64,000 nucleotides of DNA, from positions 575,161-639,160 of the forward strand of contig CP064973.1 of the NCBI GenBank assembly GCA_016699365.1, given 5' to 3'. This document shows, piece by piece, positions 10,037 to 20,057 of this stretch. The notes beneath the pieces are model-generated. The model did no database searches and was not told the DNA's origin. It saw only the letters and a program-made list of their open reading frames with translations. The DNA is from Candidatus Nomurabacteria bacterium (GTDB lineage: Bacteria > Patescibacteriota > Minisyncoccia > Phycocordibacterales > UBA9973). Each line of letters begins with the position of its first letter. The first letter of the stretch is position 1. The position numbers and the translations under genes are program-made.

Positions 10037-11697
10037 ATGACTCAACGCGAAGCCCTAAACATACTAAAAACTGGTGCGAGTGTATTTCTAACTGGCGAAC
10101 CCGGCGCTGGTAAGTCTTATGTTATTCGTGAATACGTAGATTATCTCCATGAGCACGGTATTGAGCCAGCTATTACAGCTTCGACCGGTATTGCTGCGAC
10201 ACATATACACGGGCAGACTATTCACTCATGGAGTGGTATTGGAATAAAAGATTTTTTGTCTCCATATGACTTGGAGGCATTGTCAGAAAAAGAATATCTA
10301 GTAAAACGCTTGAAGAACACAACTACACTTATAATCGATGAGATTTCTATGCTTTCTAGTTCTACTCTAGATTGTGTAGACAAAGTTTGTCGTAAACTTC
10401 GAGATACAGACGAACCTTTTGGTGGAGTTCAGGTTGTACTCGTAGGAGATTTTTTCCAACTTCCACCGATTTCAAACGCAAATAGTTTAAAAGATTTTGC
10501 TTATAATTCTAAGGCATGGACTGCTCTTGCTCCTGTAGTTTGTTATTTATCCGAACAACATCGCCAAGAAGATCCAGAGTTGCTGTCATTACTATCAGCA
10601 ATCCGCAGAAACGAAGTCGAAGAAATGCATTTTGAATATATACAGTCTCGTATAAACACAGGTGAACAAATTTCAGAATCTATAACTCGTCTTTTACAAA
10701 AAATGTTTCTGTTGATGCATTGAATTCACAATCTCTAGGCAAGCTTACTGGTATGGATCACAAGTACAACATGGATTCAAAAGGCAAAGCTTCTATGGTC
10801 GAAGCTCTAAAAAAAGGATGTTTATCTCCGGAGGTTTTAGTACTAAAAAAAGATAGTGTGGTTATGTTCACAAAGAACAATCCACAAGCTGGTTTTGCAA
10901 ACGGAACACTAGGCAAGGTTGTAGATTTCGATAGCTTGTCTCACTACCCAATAGTTCTAACTCGCAGTGGTAGACGGATCACTGTCGAACCTGCTGAATG
11001 GTTAATCGAAGAAGACGGTAAAGTGCGCGCGCGTATATCTCAGCTTCCACTCAGACTCGCTTGGGCGATCACTGTTCACAAGTCACAAGGTATGTCACTC
11101 GACGCAGCAGTGATGGACTTGCGTGATGTATTTGAATACGGCCAAGGCTACGTTGCGCTTTCTCGTGTGCGAACACTCGCTGGGATATATTTACACGGTA
11201 TAAACCAGAAATCTCTCCAGGTTCATCCAGGGGTTCTAGAGACAGATGAATCTTTTCGCAACAAGTCCACAGACGCTGCATATTATTTTGAGTCACTTGA
11301 TAGCTCTGCTATAAAAATCATGCATGATAACTTTATCAAAGCTTGTGGTGGTAGTGTTGAAAAGTTAGCAGCCGACAAGATGTCTAAAAAAACCAAAGAT
11401 AAAACTGAAGAGAAAACTCTAGCGTTACTAGAAGAGGGTTGCTCTATTGAAGATATAAAAGAGCGAAGAGGTTTTACTGAAGGTACAATCATCGACCATA
11501 TCGCCAACCTTGTAAAAAATGGAAAATTTGAAAAAGATCGAGTCCGAGAACTTTGTTCAAAAGATTTGCTTGATTGCCTACCTTCTATATTCAAGGCTTT
11601 CAAGACAGAAGGTTTTGAAAAGCTCGCACCCGTGCATGCATATCTAAAAGGTACATATACATACGACGAACTCAAGCTTGCGAGGATTCTATACTAG
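10037..11697 (+). CDS. PIF1/RecD-family 5'-3' DNA helicase with a C-terminal HTH domain, interrupted by an apparent -1 frameshift
   Basis: N-terminal part (GEPGAGKSY, IIDEISM, VGDFFQLPP, EQHRQ) ends at a TGA at 10721-10723. The C-terminal part (AITVHKSQGMSLD, YVALSRVR) continues in the -1 frame. One extra T in the T4 run at 10692-10695 restores ...SITRLFTKNVSVDALNSQ... Start taken at ATG 10037 (the track used a TTG at 9995 inside the upstream terminator). Confidence 0.7.
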
Positions 11698-12395
11698 TGA
11701 AATCCTTCTACAAACAAATCATAATCGATTGGATTTAAACTTTTTATTTTAGCTACAAGTTCGTTGCAAGCCGATTCTTGGCCGCATATGTATATATCTG
11801 AATTATTGAAATCATATTTGCCTATATGATCTTGAATATAGCCTTTTGTGCAATTTGAATTTTCTTCAGGTCTTGAAACTGTAAAGTTGAATTCTATTTT
11901 GTTATTTTGGTGAGTTAGATTTTCGAAATAGTCTTTATACAAGACTTCGTTTTCAAATTTACTTCCAGTAAATATAGTGAGTTTTTCCAGATCGAGCATA
12001 TCTTTGAAATATTCTACAAGTCCCTTTGTCACACCAGCACCAATACCAAATCCAAATAAATATACTTTTTTCCGATTCATTTTATCTACAGTGTTTAGTC
12101 CTAGTGGTCCCATTATTTCGAGTTCTTCTCCAGTCATATCCTTGGTCCAAAAGAGGGTAGACATCTTACCATTTGGAGTAAGTCGCATGGCTATTTTTAT
12201 TATGTCTTTTTCTTCTGGACTAGAAGCTATCGAGTACGCTCTGCGAATTTTCTGGCCATCGATATTTATAAACAGATTTACAAAAGCTCCAGCCGAGAAA
12301 TCTAGGGGTTCACTGAGCTTTATCTCAACTTCTTTTGCAGTCTTCGATAAGTCGACAATTTTATTTATTTTTCCTTTTATTATTTTTATTTTCAT
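11694..12395 (-). CDS. FAD/NAD(P)-binding oxidoreductase (ferredoxin-NADP reductase-like module)
   Basis: 233 aa; RAYSIAS (RxYS FAD-binding motif), GPLG, Gly-rich LFGFGIGAGV NAD(P) site; its ATG overlaps the stop of the upstream membrane gene (ATGA at 12392-12395). Confidence 0.75.
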   Translation of the reverse strand: MKIKIIKGKINKIVDLSKTAKEVEIKLSEPLDFSAGAFVNLFINIDGQKIRRAYSIASSPEEKDIIKIAMRLTPNGKMSTLFWTKDMTGEELEIMGPLGLNTVDKMNRKKVYLFGFGIGAGVTKGLVEYFKDMLDLEKLTIFTGSKFENEVLYKDYFENLTHQNNKIEFNFTVSRPEENSNCTKGYIQDHIGKYDFNNSDIYICGQESACNELVAKIKSLNPIDYDLFVEGFH

Positions 12396-13012
12396 ATAGT
12401 TTTTACTATTAGCGCTTTTCGCTCTCGATTTTTAAAGTAGGCCAGTGCAGTAAATATCGTTACGAGGATCATCGATACTGCTAGGTCTATGTGTCCATAA
12501 GTTAGAAATACATATAGCGAACTCGAGTAGAAGTATACATAAGAGAGCTTCTGAATTCTTTTCCAATTATCACCGAGTAACCTTTTAGAAAGACTATTTG
12601 ATGTTATGAGCAAGATTATAGCGGTTATATCTCCCATATGAGCAAGTACAGCATAATTCACCATTGACCAATATTCTAGCGTAAAAAAGCTGTTTAGGTA
12701 TCCGCCTGGGTCCATGATTATTTTAGCAAATATAAACGATACGATTATAGATGCAGACAGAACACCCGCCCCTTTTCGCAGTATCACAAGTGGTCTGATC
12801 CATTTATTTTCCATAAATATATCTGCCATTGGTCTCACAATCATCACGAAAAATAGAGCTACGTGTGAGATGTTGTATATATTTGTGATGTCGGTTGCGT
12901 TGAATGTATTTGGCGAAAACACCAAGACAAGTGGCAAGATCATCATCGCCAGTATAGATATCCCGAGTAATATTTCCTGTGTGTATTTTATTGTAGTTAA
13001 GTATTTTTTCAT
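12392..13012 (-). CDS. ferric-reductase-like transmembrane protein (MsrQ/YedZ-type heme-binding domain)
   Basis: 206 aa, about six TM helices with conserved His in the TM segments; 4-nt overlaps with both neighbours suggest translational coupling. Confidence 0.6.
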   Translation of the reverse strand: MKKYLTTIKYTQEILLGISILAMMILPLVLVFSPNTFNATDITNIYNISHVALFFVMIVRPMADIFMENKWIRPLVILRKGAGVLSASIIVSFIFAKIIMDPGGYLNSFFTLEYWSMVNYAVLAHMGDITAIILLITSNSLSKRLLGDNWKRIQKLSYVYFYSSSLYVFLTYGHIDLAVSMILVTIFTALAYFKNRERKALIVKTI

Positions 13013-13917
13013 ATATTTTTATTTACAACCCCAGATTCTGTTATGGTTATATATTTTATTTTTGATTCTGCAAATAGTACGTTCACATCTTTTATAGGTA
13101 AGCTCAAGAACACTTTTGCGAACGCTTCTGCGCTAGATCCACTTTCGTGTATTATGCTTGCTGAGATTGTTCCACTGTCAGTATTGCCGGTTCCAGACTT
13201 GTTTAGTATGTGATTTATTTTATTGCCAGATCTATCCCAAACCCTTTTGTATGTTCCACTTGTGGCTAGGCTTTGGTTGAATATTTCTACGGGTTCATTT
13301 TTATCTGGATTGACTGGATTGTAGATACTGAAGATAAATTTTCTATTGTGTTCGTCTAGACCTCGTGTGCATATATCTCCGCCTAGATTTACAATCACTC
13401 CACTTACACTTTCATTTTCAATTATATTTTGGGCTATTTTTTCGGCGAGATATCCCTTCAAGACTCCTCCGAAATCCAATTTTTGGCAATCAGCTAGAGT
13501 GATTTTATTATTCTCTATATCGATTTTTACACTATCAAAATCAATGTCATAACATAGATCTATCGGGGTGTCTTGTGGTGTAAGCTCTGTATATGTTTTG
13601 TCATACCCGAAACGCTCAATCTGTACGAGCGGATTAAATATTCCTTTCGTTTTTTTATAAAGCATAAATGCTTCACTTATAACTTCCATAAACTCTCTAG
13701 AAACATTCATCTCTTTTTTTTCATTCAGCTTTGATAGTTCACTGTCAGGTAGGAATCTAGAGAATTTTTTTTCATATTCTTTTATTGTGTTTAGCGCCTG
13801 CACTCCAAGTACACCTGCTTTTACCTCATCATTAGATATGATTGATATAAAGCACTCTGTGCCCATCGCTTTCATCTTAAATTCATATTCTTTATTCATA
13901 ATGCAACTATAAAACAA
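13009..13917 (-). CDS. apbE: FAD:protein FMN transferase ApbE
   Basis: KAMGTE, DFGGVLKGY, LVNLGGD and TSGTYKR motifs; the true start may be an internal Met (MKAMGT...). Confidence 0.85.
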   Translation of the reverse strand: MFYSCIMNKEYEFKMKAMGTECFISIISNDEVKAGVLGVQALNTIKEYEKKFSRFLPDSELSKLNEKKEMNVSREFMEVISEAFMLYKKTKGIFNPLVQIERFGYDKTYTELTPQDTPIDLCYDIDFDSVKIDIENNKITLADCQKLDFGGVLKGYLAEKIAQNIIENESVSGVIVNLGGDICTRGLDEHNRKFIFSIYNPVNPDKNEPVEIFNQSLATSGTYKRVWDRSGNKINHILNKSGTGNTDSGTISASIIHESGSSAEAFAKVFLSLPIKDVNVLFAESKIKYITITESGVVNKNI

Positions 13918-13956
13918 AGAGATGAATAATAAATGAACGGGGTGTAGAATATAGAT

Positions 13957-14625
13957 ATGAGAATACTTTTAGTCGAAGACAACGAAAAATTGGCCAAATA
14001 TACCAAGCAAATGCTCTACGAGGAGGGGTATTCTGTAGATGTGATTTCTGATGGTATTGCCGGTGAACGTATGGCAAGATCCGGTTCGCATGATCTCTTA
14101 ATCCTCGATATTATGCTTCCGTCCAAGGATGGCATAGCAGTTTGCAAAAGTCTCCGCGAGAGTGATGTAAATTTGCCCATAATCATGATCACAGCAAGGG
14201 GAGAGGTAGATGACAGGGTCTTAGGTCTCGATAGTGGTGCCGATGACTATCTAGTGAAGCCGTTTGAGATGAAAGAGCTTTTAGCCAGAATTCGCGCACT
14301 ACTCCGTAGGCCAGAATCAAAGATTAGTGAGACTCTCTCTATTCAAGATATAACCCTGGATAGTACAAAGCATCAGGTTTTCAAAAAAGGTGTTCTGATC
14401 CCTCTAACACTAAAAGAATATTCGATTCTCGAATATCTTATGCGCAATGTCGATACAGTAGTTTCGCGTGAGCAACTTCTCGAACATTGTTGGGATTTTG
14501 CATATAGTGCATTTAGTAACATAACAGATGTTTATATAAAAAGATTGCGTGAAAAATTTAAAGATACAGATGAAAAATATATTAAAACAATTCGAGGTGT
14601 CGGGTATGTCTTCAACTCCAAGTAA
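13957..14625 (+). CDS. OmpR-family two-component response regulator
   Basis: Receiver domain (LLILDIMLPSKDG, phospho-acceptor Asp) plus a winged-helix output domain. Confidence 0.9.
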   Translation: MRILLVEDNEKLAKYTKQMLYEEGYSVDVISDGIAGERMARSGSHDLLILDIMLPSKDGIAVCKSLRESDVNLPIIMITARGEVDDRVLGLDSGADDYLVKPFEMKELLARIRALLRRPESKISETLSIQDITLDSTKHQVFKKGVLIPLTLKEYSILEYLMRNVDTVVSREQLLEHCWDFAYSAFSNITDVYIKRLREKFKDTDEKYIKTIRGVGYVFNSK

Positions 14626-15610
14626 TTTTAAAAAAGCCGTATTGAAACTGACTGTGTATTACACGTTGGGTGTTTTTGCTGTGATCCTAGTCTTTAACTT
14701 GATAGTTTATAGTCTTTTTTCTAATACTTTATATAAACAGTACGAAGAAGAGCGCGAGAATTCTTCTTATGAACACGAAGATGATTTTGAAGAGGGGGTT
14801 GAATCCAGAGTGGAAACAACCCAAGGCAACCTACTGGGTATATTTGTAGTTTCAGATGCAATCATACTTCTTTTGACAGTGTTGATTTCATATTTATTAT
14901 CCAAACGCACACTTGCACCTCTGGAGATTGCATATAAAAAACAAGCACGCTTTGTTGCAGATGCAGCGCACGAACTTCGCACACCGCTTGCTGTTATGCG
15001 TGCCGGTGGAGAGGTTATATTGCGGAGCGACAGAAAAGTCTCTGAATATCAAAAATATATACAGGAGAATCTTGGCGAAGTAGAGAGACTGACAAATATT
15101 TCAAATGACCTTTTGATTTTGGCTCGTAGTGACAATCAAAACAAGAAACTTCTTGCAAAGATTAGCCTTTCAGATAATTTGAATGCCGTTATAAATATCA
15201 TGGAGGTATATGCAAAAAGTAAAAACATAACGCTAAATTCAAAGATTGATGGAGATATCTTTATAAATGGCAAAAAAGACGACATCACAAGACTGGTTAT
15301 GAACTTGGTCAAAAATGCTATTGATTACAATAAGATTGGTGGCTCTGTAGATATAGGGCTCAATAAAAGTCACAATACTGCACACATAATCGTCAAAGAT
15401 AATGGAATAGGAATCAAAAAAGAAGCACTACCTTATATATTTGATCGTTTTTACAAGGCTGATAGCGCAAGATCAGAAGATTCTAATTCTGGGTCTGGGC
15501 TAGGGCTCGCTATAGCAAGAGATATAGTACTCTCTCACGGTGGTGAGATAAGAGTAGAAAGTATTTTCGGAGAAGGGACTACATTCTCCATAGATTTGCC
15601 TTGTGTATAA
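14606..15610 (+). CDS. sensor histidine kinase
   Basis: Start at MSSTPSNFKK, overlapping the regulator gene by 20 nt; two TM helices, H-box HELRTPL, N-box and G2-box GSGLGLAI. Confidence 0.85.
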   Translation: MSSTPSNFKKAVLKLTVYYTLGVFAVILVFNLIVYSLFSNTLYKQYEEERENSSYEHEDDFEEGVESRVETTQGNLLGIFVVSDAIILLLTVLISYLLSKRTLAPLEIAYKKQARFVADAAHELRTPLAVMRAGGEVILRSDRKVSEYQKYIQENLGEVERLTNISNDLLILARSDNQNKKLLAKISLSDNLNAVINIMEVYAKSKNITLNSKIDGDIFINGKKDDITRLVMNLVKNAIDYNKIGGSVDIGLNKSHNTAHIIVKDNGIGIKKEALPYIFDRFYKADSARSEDSNSGSGLGLAIARDIVLSHGGEIRVESIFGEGTTFSIDLPCV

Positions 15611-15686
15611 AAGGCATCCTCGTTCATTTTCTATTCATAATCTTTTTGTAGAGTATAAGCATTAGTAATAATTAACTAATAAATAT

Positions 15687-15857
15687 ATGGCACAATATGT
15701 ATGTTTAGATTGCGGATGGATTTACTCTGAGGTAGACGGTGATCCATCTCGCGGAATAGCTCCAGGTACAAAATGGGAAGAGCTCCCAGATGATTTCAAA
15801 TGCGCAGATTGCAGTGTACGAAAAAGCGATACACACATGTGGCAGAAAATTGATTAA
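15687..15857 (+). CDS. rubredoxin
   Basis: 56 aa, MAQYVCLDCGWIYSEVDGDPSRGIAPGTKWEELPDDFKCADCSVRK... with the two CxxC pairs and GTKWEELPDD core; below the ORF cutoff. Confidence 0.85.
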   Translation: MAQYVCLDCGWIYSEVDGDPSRGIAPGTKWEELPDDFKCADCSVRKSDTHMWQKID

Positions 15858-15864
15858 AAAATAT

Positions 15865-16242
15865 ATGAAAAAAGATTTTAGAAATGTATTTATAACAACT
15901 TGCATGATAACCTGGACTTTGTTTTGGGGAGGTCTGTCATATCACAGGTATGTACTGGTGCAAGCTGAAGCACAGCATATAGCACAAGTTGCCGAAGACA
16001 ATAGAATTGTCTTACTTGCAATACAACAAGAAAATATCCGTAAACAACAACTTGCCGCTGAGCAAAAAAGACTAGCGGCTGCGCAAGTTATCGCCAAGGC
16101 ACAGACGGTTTCTGCCATACCTACACAAGTTTATATTCCTCCACAACCTCAAGTTGCCCAGGTGTCACAGCCAGTGTACACACCACCAACTCCAGTCCAA
16201 GTCGTAGTAACCAAACCTTCACGTCAGTCACGTGCAAGTTAA
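15865..16242 (+). CDS. hypothetical membrane-anchored protein (coiled coil and Pro/Gln-rich tail)
   Basis: Start at MKKDFRNV, downstream of the rubredoxin stop; one TM helix, then QQENIRKQQLAAEQKRLAAAQ and PPQPQVAQVSQP. Confidence 0.45.
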   Translation: MKKDFRNVFITTCMITWTLFWGGLSYHRYVLVQAEAQHIAQVAEDNRIVLLAIQQENIRKQQLAAEQKRLAAAQVIAKAQTVSAIPTQVYIPPQPQVAQVSQPVYTPPTPVQVVVTKPSRQSRAS

Positions 16243-16263
16243 TTAATCTAATAAATAATAATT

Positions 16264-16620
16264 ATGAAAAAATACCTAATACCCACATTCGCATTTCTCT
16301 TGTTCTCAGGCTTTGTCGCATATGCGACAGTGAAAACACAATCAGTGCTTGATACAGTCGAGCCAGAGCAGGAGATTGCTCAAGTCGAGAAAGCTTTTGA
16401 TGTTTCAGACACACTAGCTATCTCCGATGTATTTGAAGATCCAAAGCCGATTGCAGAAAACATTCCAGTTGTATCTGTTGTCACGCAGGCTCCAGCACAA
16501 AGTACAGAAACTATCAGTGATCCTGTACCAACAGAGTATGTGTATAGCTATGAAGATGGACATGATCAAGATGAGGATTATGGCGGAGATGACGAAGAAG
16601 ACGAAGGCGATGATGATTAA
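16264..16620 (+). CDS. hypothetical secreted/anchored protein with a poly-acidic C-terminus
   Basis: Signal/anchor MKKYLIPTFAFLLFSGFVAYA; C-terminus EDGHDQDEDYGGDDEEDEGDDD. Confidence 0.5.
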   Translation: MKKYLIPTFAFLLFSGFVAYATVKTQSVLDTVEPEQEIAQVEKAFDVSDTLAISDVFEDPKPIAENIPVVSVVTQAPAQSTETISDPVPTEYVYSYEDGHDQDEDYGGDDEEDEGDDD

Positions 16621-16646
16621 AAATCTTCATTTGCTATAATATTCGC

Positions 16647-17309
16647 ATGAATAAACAAACACAAAACATTATTGCGATTTTAGGTATTATTGTTTTTGGA
16701 TTTTTAGCTTTTACATACACAGAAGACAGATCTGATGTTGGAGGTCGTGTTATGGCGCCAGTGGATTTGGTTTTGGGAGTTGGTGACAGTGGTGAGGCAC
16801 TAGGACTTAGTGTTACTTTCAATGCACTTGTAAATGATTATCGTTGCCCAGTAGATGTACAGTGTATCGAAGGCGGGGCAGTAAATACAAACATAACCCT
16901 AAAAGACAGCGAAGGAGAAGTTACTGCAAACTATTCATCTGACGGAGTTCCTTATTCTTTCAACGGTTATGAAATTTCAATAGTCGGAGTATCTCCTGAT
17001 ATTTATTCAGAAAAGTTTATCGATCCAACTAGTTATGTAGTTACATTCAATATAAAAAGTGCTGCAACTGGTGCTGTAGACAATCCAGATTACAGTGGAG
17101 CAGCTGGCGGGACTGTTCCTGCAGGCGAGAATCCTTGTAGTGCAGTAGGTGGAACATGGGACGAAATGAACAGTGAGTGTCTCGAAGTAGACGCAAACAT
17201 GTGTCAGGAAATTGGTGGAATGTTCAATGAGTGTGCAAGTGCTTGTCGAAACAACCCAGCGGCCGAAGTATGTACTATGCAGTGTGTACAGGTCTGCGAA
17301 TTCAAATAA
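16647..17309 (+). CDS. hypothetical secreted cysteine-rich protein
   Basis: N-terminal TM anchor; C-terminal region with 10 Cys (CSAVGG...CLEV...CQEIGG...CASACRNN...CTMQCVQVC). Confidence 0.5.
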   Translation: MNKQTQNIIAILGIIVFGFLAFTYTEDRSDVGGRVMAPVDLVLGVGDSGEALGLSVTFNALVNDYRCPVDVQCIEGGAVNTNITLKDSEGEVTANYSSDGVPYSFNGYEISIVGVSPDIYSEKFIDPTSYVVTFNIKSAATGAVDNPDYSGAAGGTVPAGENPCSAVGGTWDEMNSECLEVDANMCQEIGGMFNECASACRNNPAAEVCTMQCVQVCEFK

Positions 17310-17315
17310 TCTTTA

Positions 17316-17755
17316 TGGAATTCATATCTACATTTATAACCCTCGCGGGGTTTGTCATCGGACTTGGAGCTGTGACTGTTATTGACTTGCATGGATTTCT
17401 TGGACGTAAATCTCCGTACTGGACAGAAGCAACTATTCGTACCCACAAAGTTACCAAGCCACTTATTTGGATCGGTATACTTCTCGTAGCAATCGGAACT
17501 TTCATATCTGGTGTAAACGAACTTATTTCATCTCTAGATTTTGCTTTTAGACTTGGAATTATATTTCTCATGATTTTAAATGGAAGCTTCTTGTCTTTTG
17601 TAATTTCTCCGGAGCTTTTGAAGAGAGAAAAAGATGGGAGAGCTAGTGAGATACTACCAAGTACAATGCAGAACAAAATTGTTGTTAGTTTTTTTGTATC
17701 TTTTATTCTCTGGTGGGGACTGTTGGCGTATGTTGTAAATAGCCTAATAAAATAA
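17316..17755 (+). CDS. hypothetical integral membrane protein
   Basis: Start at MEFISTF; four predicted TM helices. Confidence 0.5.
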
Positions 17756-17756
17756 A

Positions 17757-18158
17757 ATGCCCCAGAAACCAGCTGTTAAAAAAACTAAAAAAGTTACTGC
17801 AAAGCGTCTCGATGAAACTCTGTGGGAATATTGCAAAGAAGAAGCGATCACAAAGATGGGGAAGTTTTCTGCTCGTGCGATGCAATATGCTGTCTCCTTG
17901 TATAAGAAAAGAGGTGGACGATATGAAGGTAAGAAGTCGAAGGATAATTCTCTGGTGAAATGGACAAAAGAAGATTGGGGGTATGTTGCAGAACCCAAAA
18001 GGTCTAGATATCTACCCAAAAAGGCACGAGAGCATATGACTGTCGGAGAGAAGATTGCGACCGATAGAGCCAAGAATGCAGGAACAAAGGCTGGTTCGCA
18101 GTGGGTGAAGCAACCAAAAAAGATTGCCAAGAAAACTGCGAAGTATAGAATAAAATAA
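17757..18158 (+). CDS. hypothetical basic protein
   Basis: 133 aa, Lys-rich; conserved-looking stretch RGGRYEGKKSKDNSLVKWTKEDWGY. Confidence 0.5.
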   Translation: MPQKPAVKKTKKVTAKRLDETLWEYCKEEAITKMGKFSARAMQYAVSLYKKRGGRYEGKKSKDNSLVKWTKEDWGYVAEPKRSRYLPKKAREHMTVGEKIATDRAKNAGTKAGSQWVKQPKKIAKKTAKYRIK

Positions 18159-18217
18159 TTCGTTTTAAAAAAGGTTTTGTTATAATAAAAGTATTAGAAA
18201 ATTAATAAAAATTTCAC

Positions 18218-18370
18218 ATGTCTAAATCAAAAAAACTTTTGGCATTTGCAGCGTTCATATCTTTTGCGTTTGCTATCTACTTGTGGTTCATGGCGGATAG
18301 AGAATCTGCATTGTTTGTCGGACTCTGGGTTCCATCTATCCTATCTTTGTCCAACTTTTTCCGAAACTAA
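18218..18370 (+). CDS. small hydrophobic peptide (50 aa), followed by a second 28-aa hydrophobic ORF at 18371-18457
   Basis: MSKSKKLLAFAAFISFAFAIYLWF... single TM helix; the second ORF MSELVIFVVGFIVSAVVLSALVYEYKKS starts at the next base; both sit before a strong terminator. Confidence 0.3.
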   Translation: MSKSKKLLAFAAFISFAFAIYLWFMADRESALFVGLWVPSILSLSNFFRN

Positions 18371-18471
18371 ATGTCTGAGCTTGTGATATTTGTAGTCGGA
18401 TTCATAGTGTCGGCAGTTGTCCTATCTGCCTTAGTTTACGAATACAAGAAATCCTAATTAATAAAATAAAA

Positions 18472-18500
18472 AGCCCTCCTATCCTGGAGGGCTTTTGTTT
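18472..18500. terminator. bidirectional rho-independent terminator
   Basis: AGCCCTCC-TATCCT-GGAGGGCT followed by TTTGTTT; the convergent minus-strand gene ends at 18499. Confidence 0.65.
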
Positions 18501-19017
18501 AATTTATATTTTCAATAATTATCTTGTGATTATCAAAGAAAATTGTATTTTTCTCGTACCACAACACACTTGGACAAGGTGATTTATTTACTTTTGATCT
18601 ATATCCTGCGATCAGGTCTCTGCTTGTAACAACCTGATATCCATTTTCTATTGCGCTTTTTGCGGTTTCGTAAACACAAAAGCCTGCATTTACTCCCATG
18701 ATTAGAATATTTTTAGTCTTGTGCGCTACGAGAATCTTATTCAATTCCGTCTTATAAAAAGCGTCATCGTATTTTTTATTTAGACAATACACACGAGCTT
18801 CTGGATTACCCTTCACAGCTTCCTGTATTTTTGGGGCTGTATTTCCATACCCTATGTATTCAAATATAACTATAGGAACTTTATTTGATATACAAAACTT
18901 TAAAACGGATACTTGAGGGGGGATTAGCTTGAGTTTGTTTGGTTTTTTGAATAGAAAATCTTTTTGCATATCTATCAACACAACACATATGTTGGCTAGA
19001 TTAATTTTTTTACCCAT
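18499..19017 (-). CDS. isochorismatase-family cysteine hydrolase (nicotinamidase-like)
   Basis: VLIDMQKDF N-terminal motif and GVNAGFCV catalytic Cys region. Confidence 0.8.
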   Translation of the reverse strand: MGKKINLANICVVLIDMQKDFLFKKPNKLKLIPPQVSVLKFCISNKVPIVIFEYIGYGNTAPKIQEAVKGNPEARVYCLNKKYDDAFYKTELNKILVAHKTKNILIMGVNAGFCVYETAKSAIENGYQVVTSRDLIAGYRSKVNKSPCPSVLWYEKNTIFFDNHKIIIENIN

Positions 19018-19090
19018 TGGTACTTATTTCTAGGAACTCTATTACAGCTTTTATACGTTGTCAAATATATATTTTTTGGTGATTATTTAG

Positions 19091-19119
19091 TTGACTTATA
19101 TGCTTTTATGTGATATAAT
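19091..19119 (+). promoter_or_regulatory. consensus sigma70 promoter
   Basis: TTGACT (19091-19096), 17-nt spacer, TATAAT (19114-19119), about 40 nt upstream of the 19158 ATG. Confidence 0.5.
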
Positions 19120-19157
19120 ACTAGGCATAAGTTCACTAAAACTAAATAAAAACGAAT

Positions 19158-19994
19158 ATGAATATAATTGTCGTGTTTGGCGGAGCTGACTTCGAAGAAG
19201 CAGCTGCAAGGTTGATTGCAAAAAAACATGGACTCGTACTTGCCACCGCGACGGTGGATGGAGTTCCTTGTCATGCAGGCAACGCATACAAAGCAAACGG
19301 CTTTGTAGTAGACGAAGGCAAGGAGAGCAACGAAGACATAGTTATAGTTTTCGAATGCTCAGAAAAGGTTGCAGGAAATCGCGAGATCATAATGGTCTGT
19401 GACCATCACAACCCTGGCGATCCCGGCTTCGGGTTTCCTCCGGAAAATTTCTGGAGAGGTAGTTCTATCGGCCAATTGTGCAAATATCTTAACGAAGAAC
19501 CTACAGAGGAACTTCTTATGGTAGCTGCCTCTGATCACTGTTTTCCTGCTGCATATGCAGGAAAATGTCCGGGGATTAATCCGGAGGAGTTTGCGAAATT
19601 TCGAATCTCGCAGAAAGTTGCATTTTATGCAACAGATGTTCGTAATGCGCATAAATCAACTCCGTCGGAGCTGGAAGAAATTATCCAGATGACAATGCAG
19701 AAAATTTCTAAGGCTCCTATTATCGAACCTGGACTGGTTGATATGCGAGGACAGGGCTTCGTTGAAGAACTGCCTGAGTCGGCAGTGAGATTGGGACTGG
19801 CCTACATCTCGGAGATACAAGACCGTGATAGGAATCAGGTTCCTACAGGTAACATGAAAATTGTTATCGGCGGATGTACTGATCCTGAGATGGTCGTTTC
19901 CTTCATGGAATGGGCAAATGCTCTTCCTAACAAGGTCGGTAACGCATACGGAGATCCTATCCGTGGCTTTGCCGGAATTGTTGTGAAGCCTTAA
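19158..19994 (+). CDS. hypothetical protein of unknown function, compositionally atypical (high GC)
   Basis: 278 aa; GC clearly above its neighbours by eye, about 47% against a high-30s background; motif MVCDHHNPGDPGFGFP; flanked by a perfect promoter and a strong terminator. Confidence 0.6.
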   Translation: MNIIVVFGGADFEEAAARLIAKKHGLVLATATVDGVPCHAGNAYKANGFVVDEGKESNEDIVIVFECSEKVAGNREIIMVCDHHNPGDPGFGFPPENFWRGSSIGQLCKYLNEEPTEELLMVAASDHCFPAAYAGKCPGINPEEFAKFRISQKVAFYATDVRNAHKSTPSELEEIIQMTMQKISKAPIIEPGLVDMRGQGFVEELPESAVRLGLAYISEIQDRDRNQVPTGNMKIVIGGCTDPEMVVSFMEWANALPNKVGNAYGDPIRGFAGIVVKP

Positions 19995-20002
19995 ATTTTT
20001 TC

Positions 20003-20031
20003 AAAACCCTCCGATTGCGGAGGGTTTTTAA
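20003..20031 (+). terminator. rho-independent terminator
   Basis: AAACCCTCCG-ATT-GCGGAGGGTTT followed by TTAAT. Confidence 0.6.
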
Positions 20032-20057
20032 TATGCTTGTGTAGACAAATTATCTCC

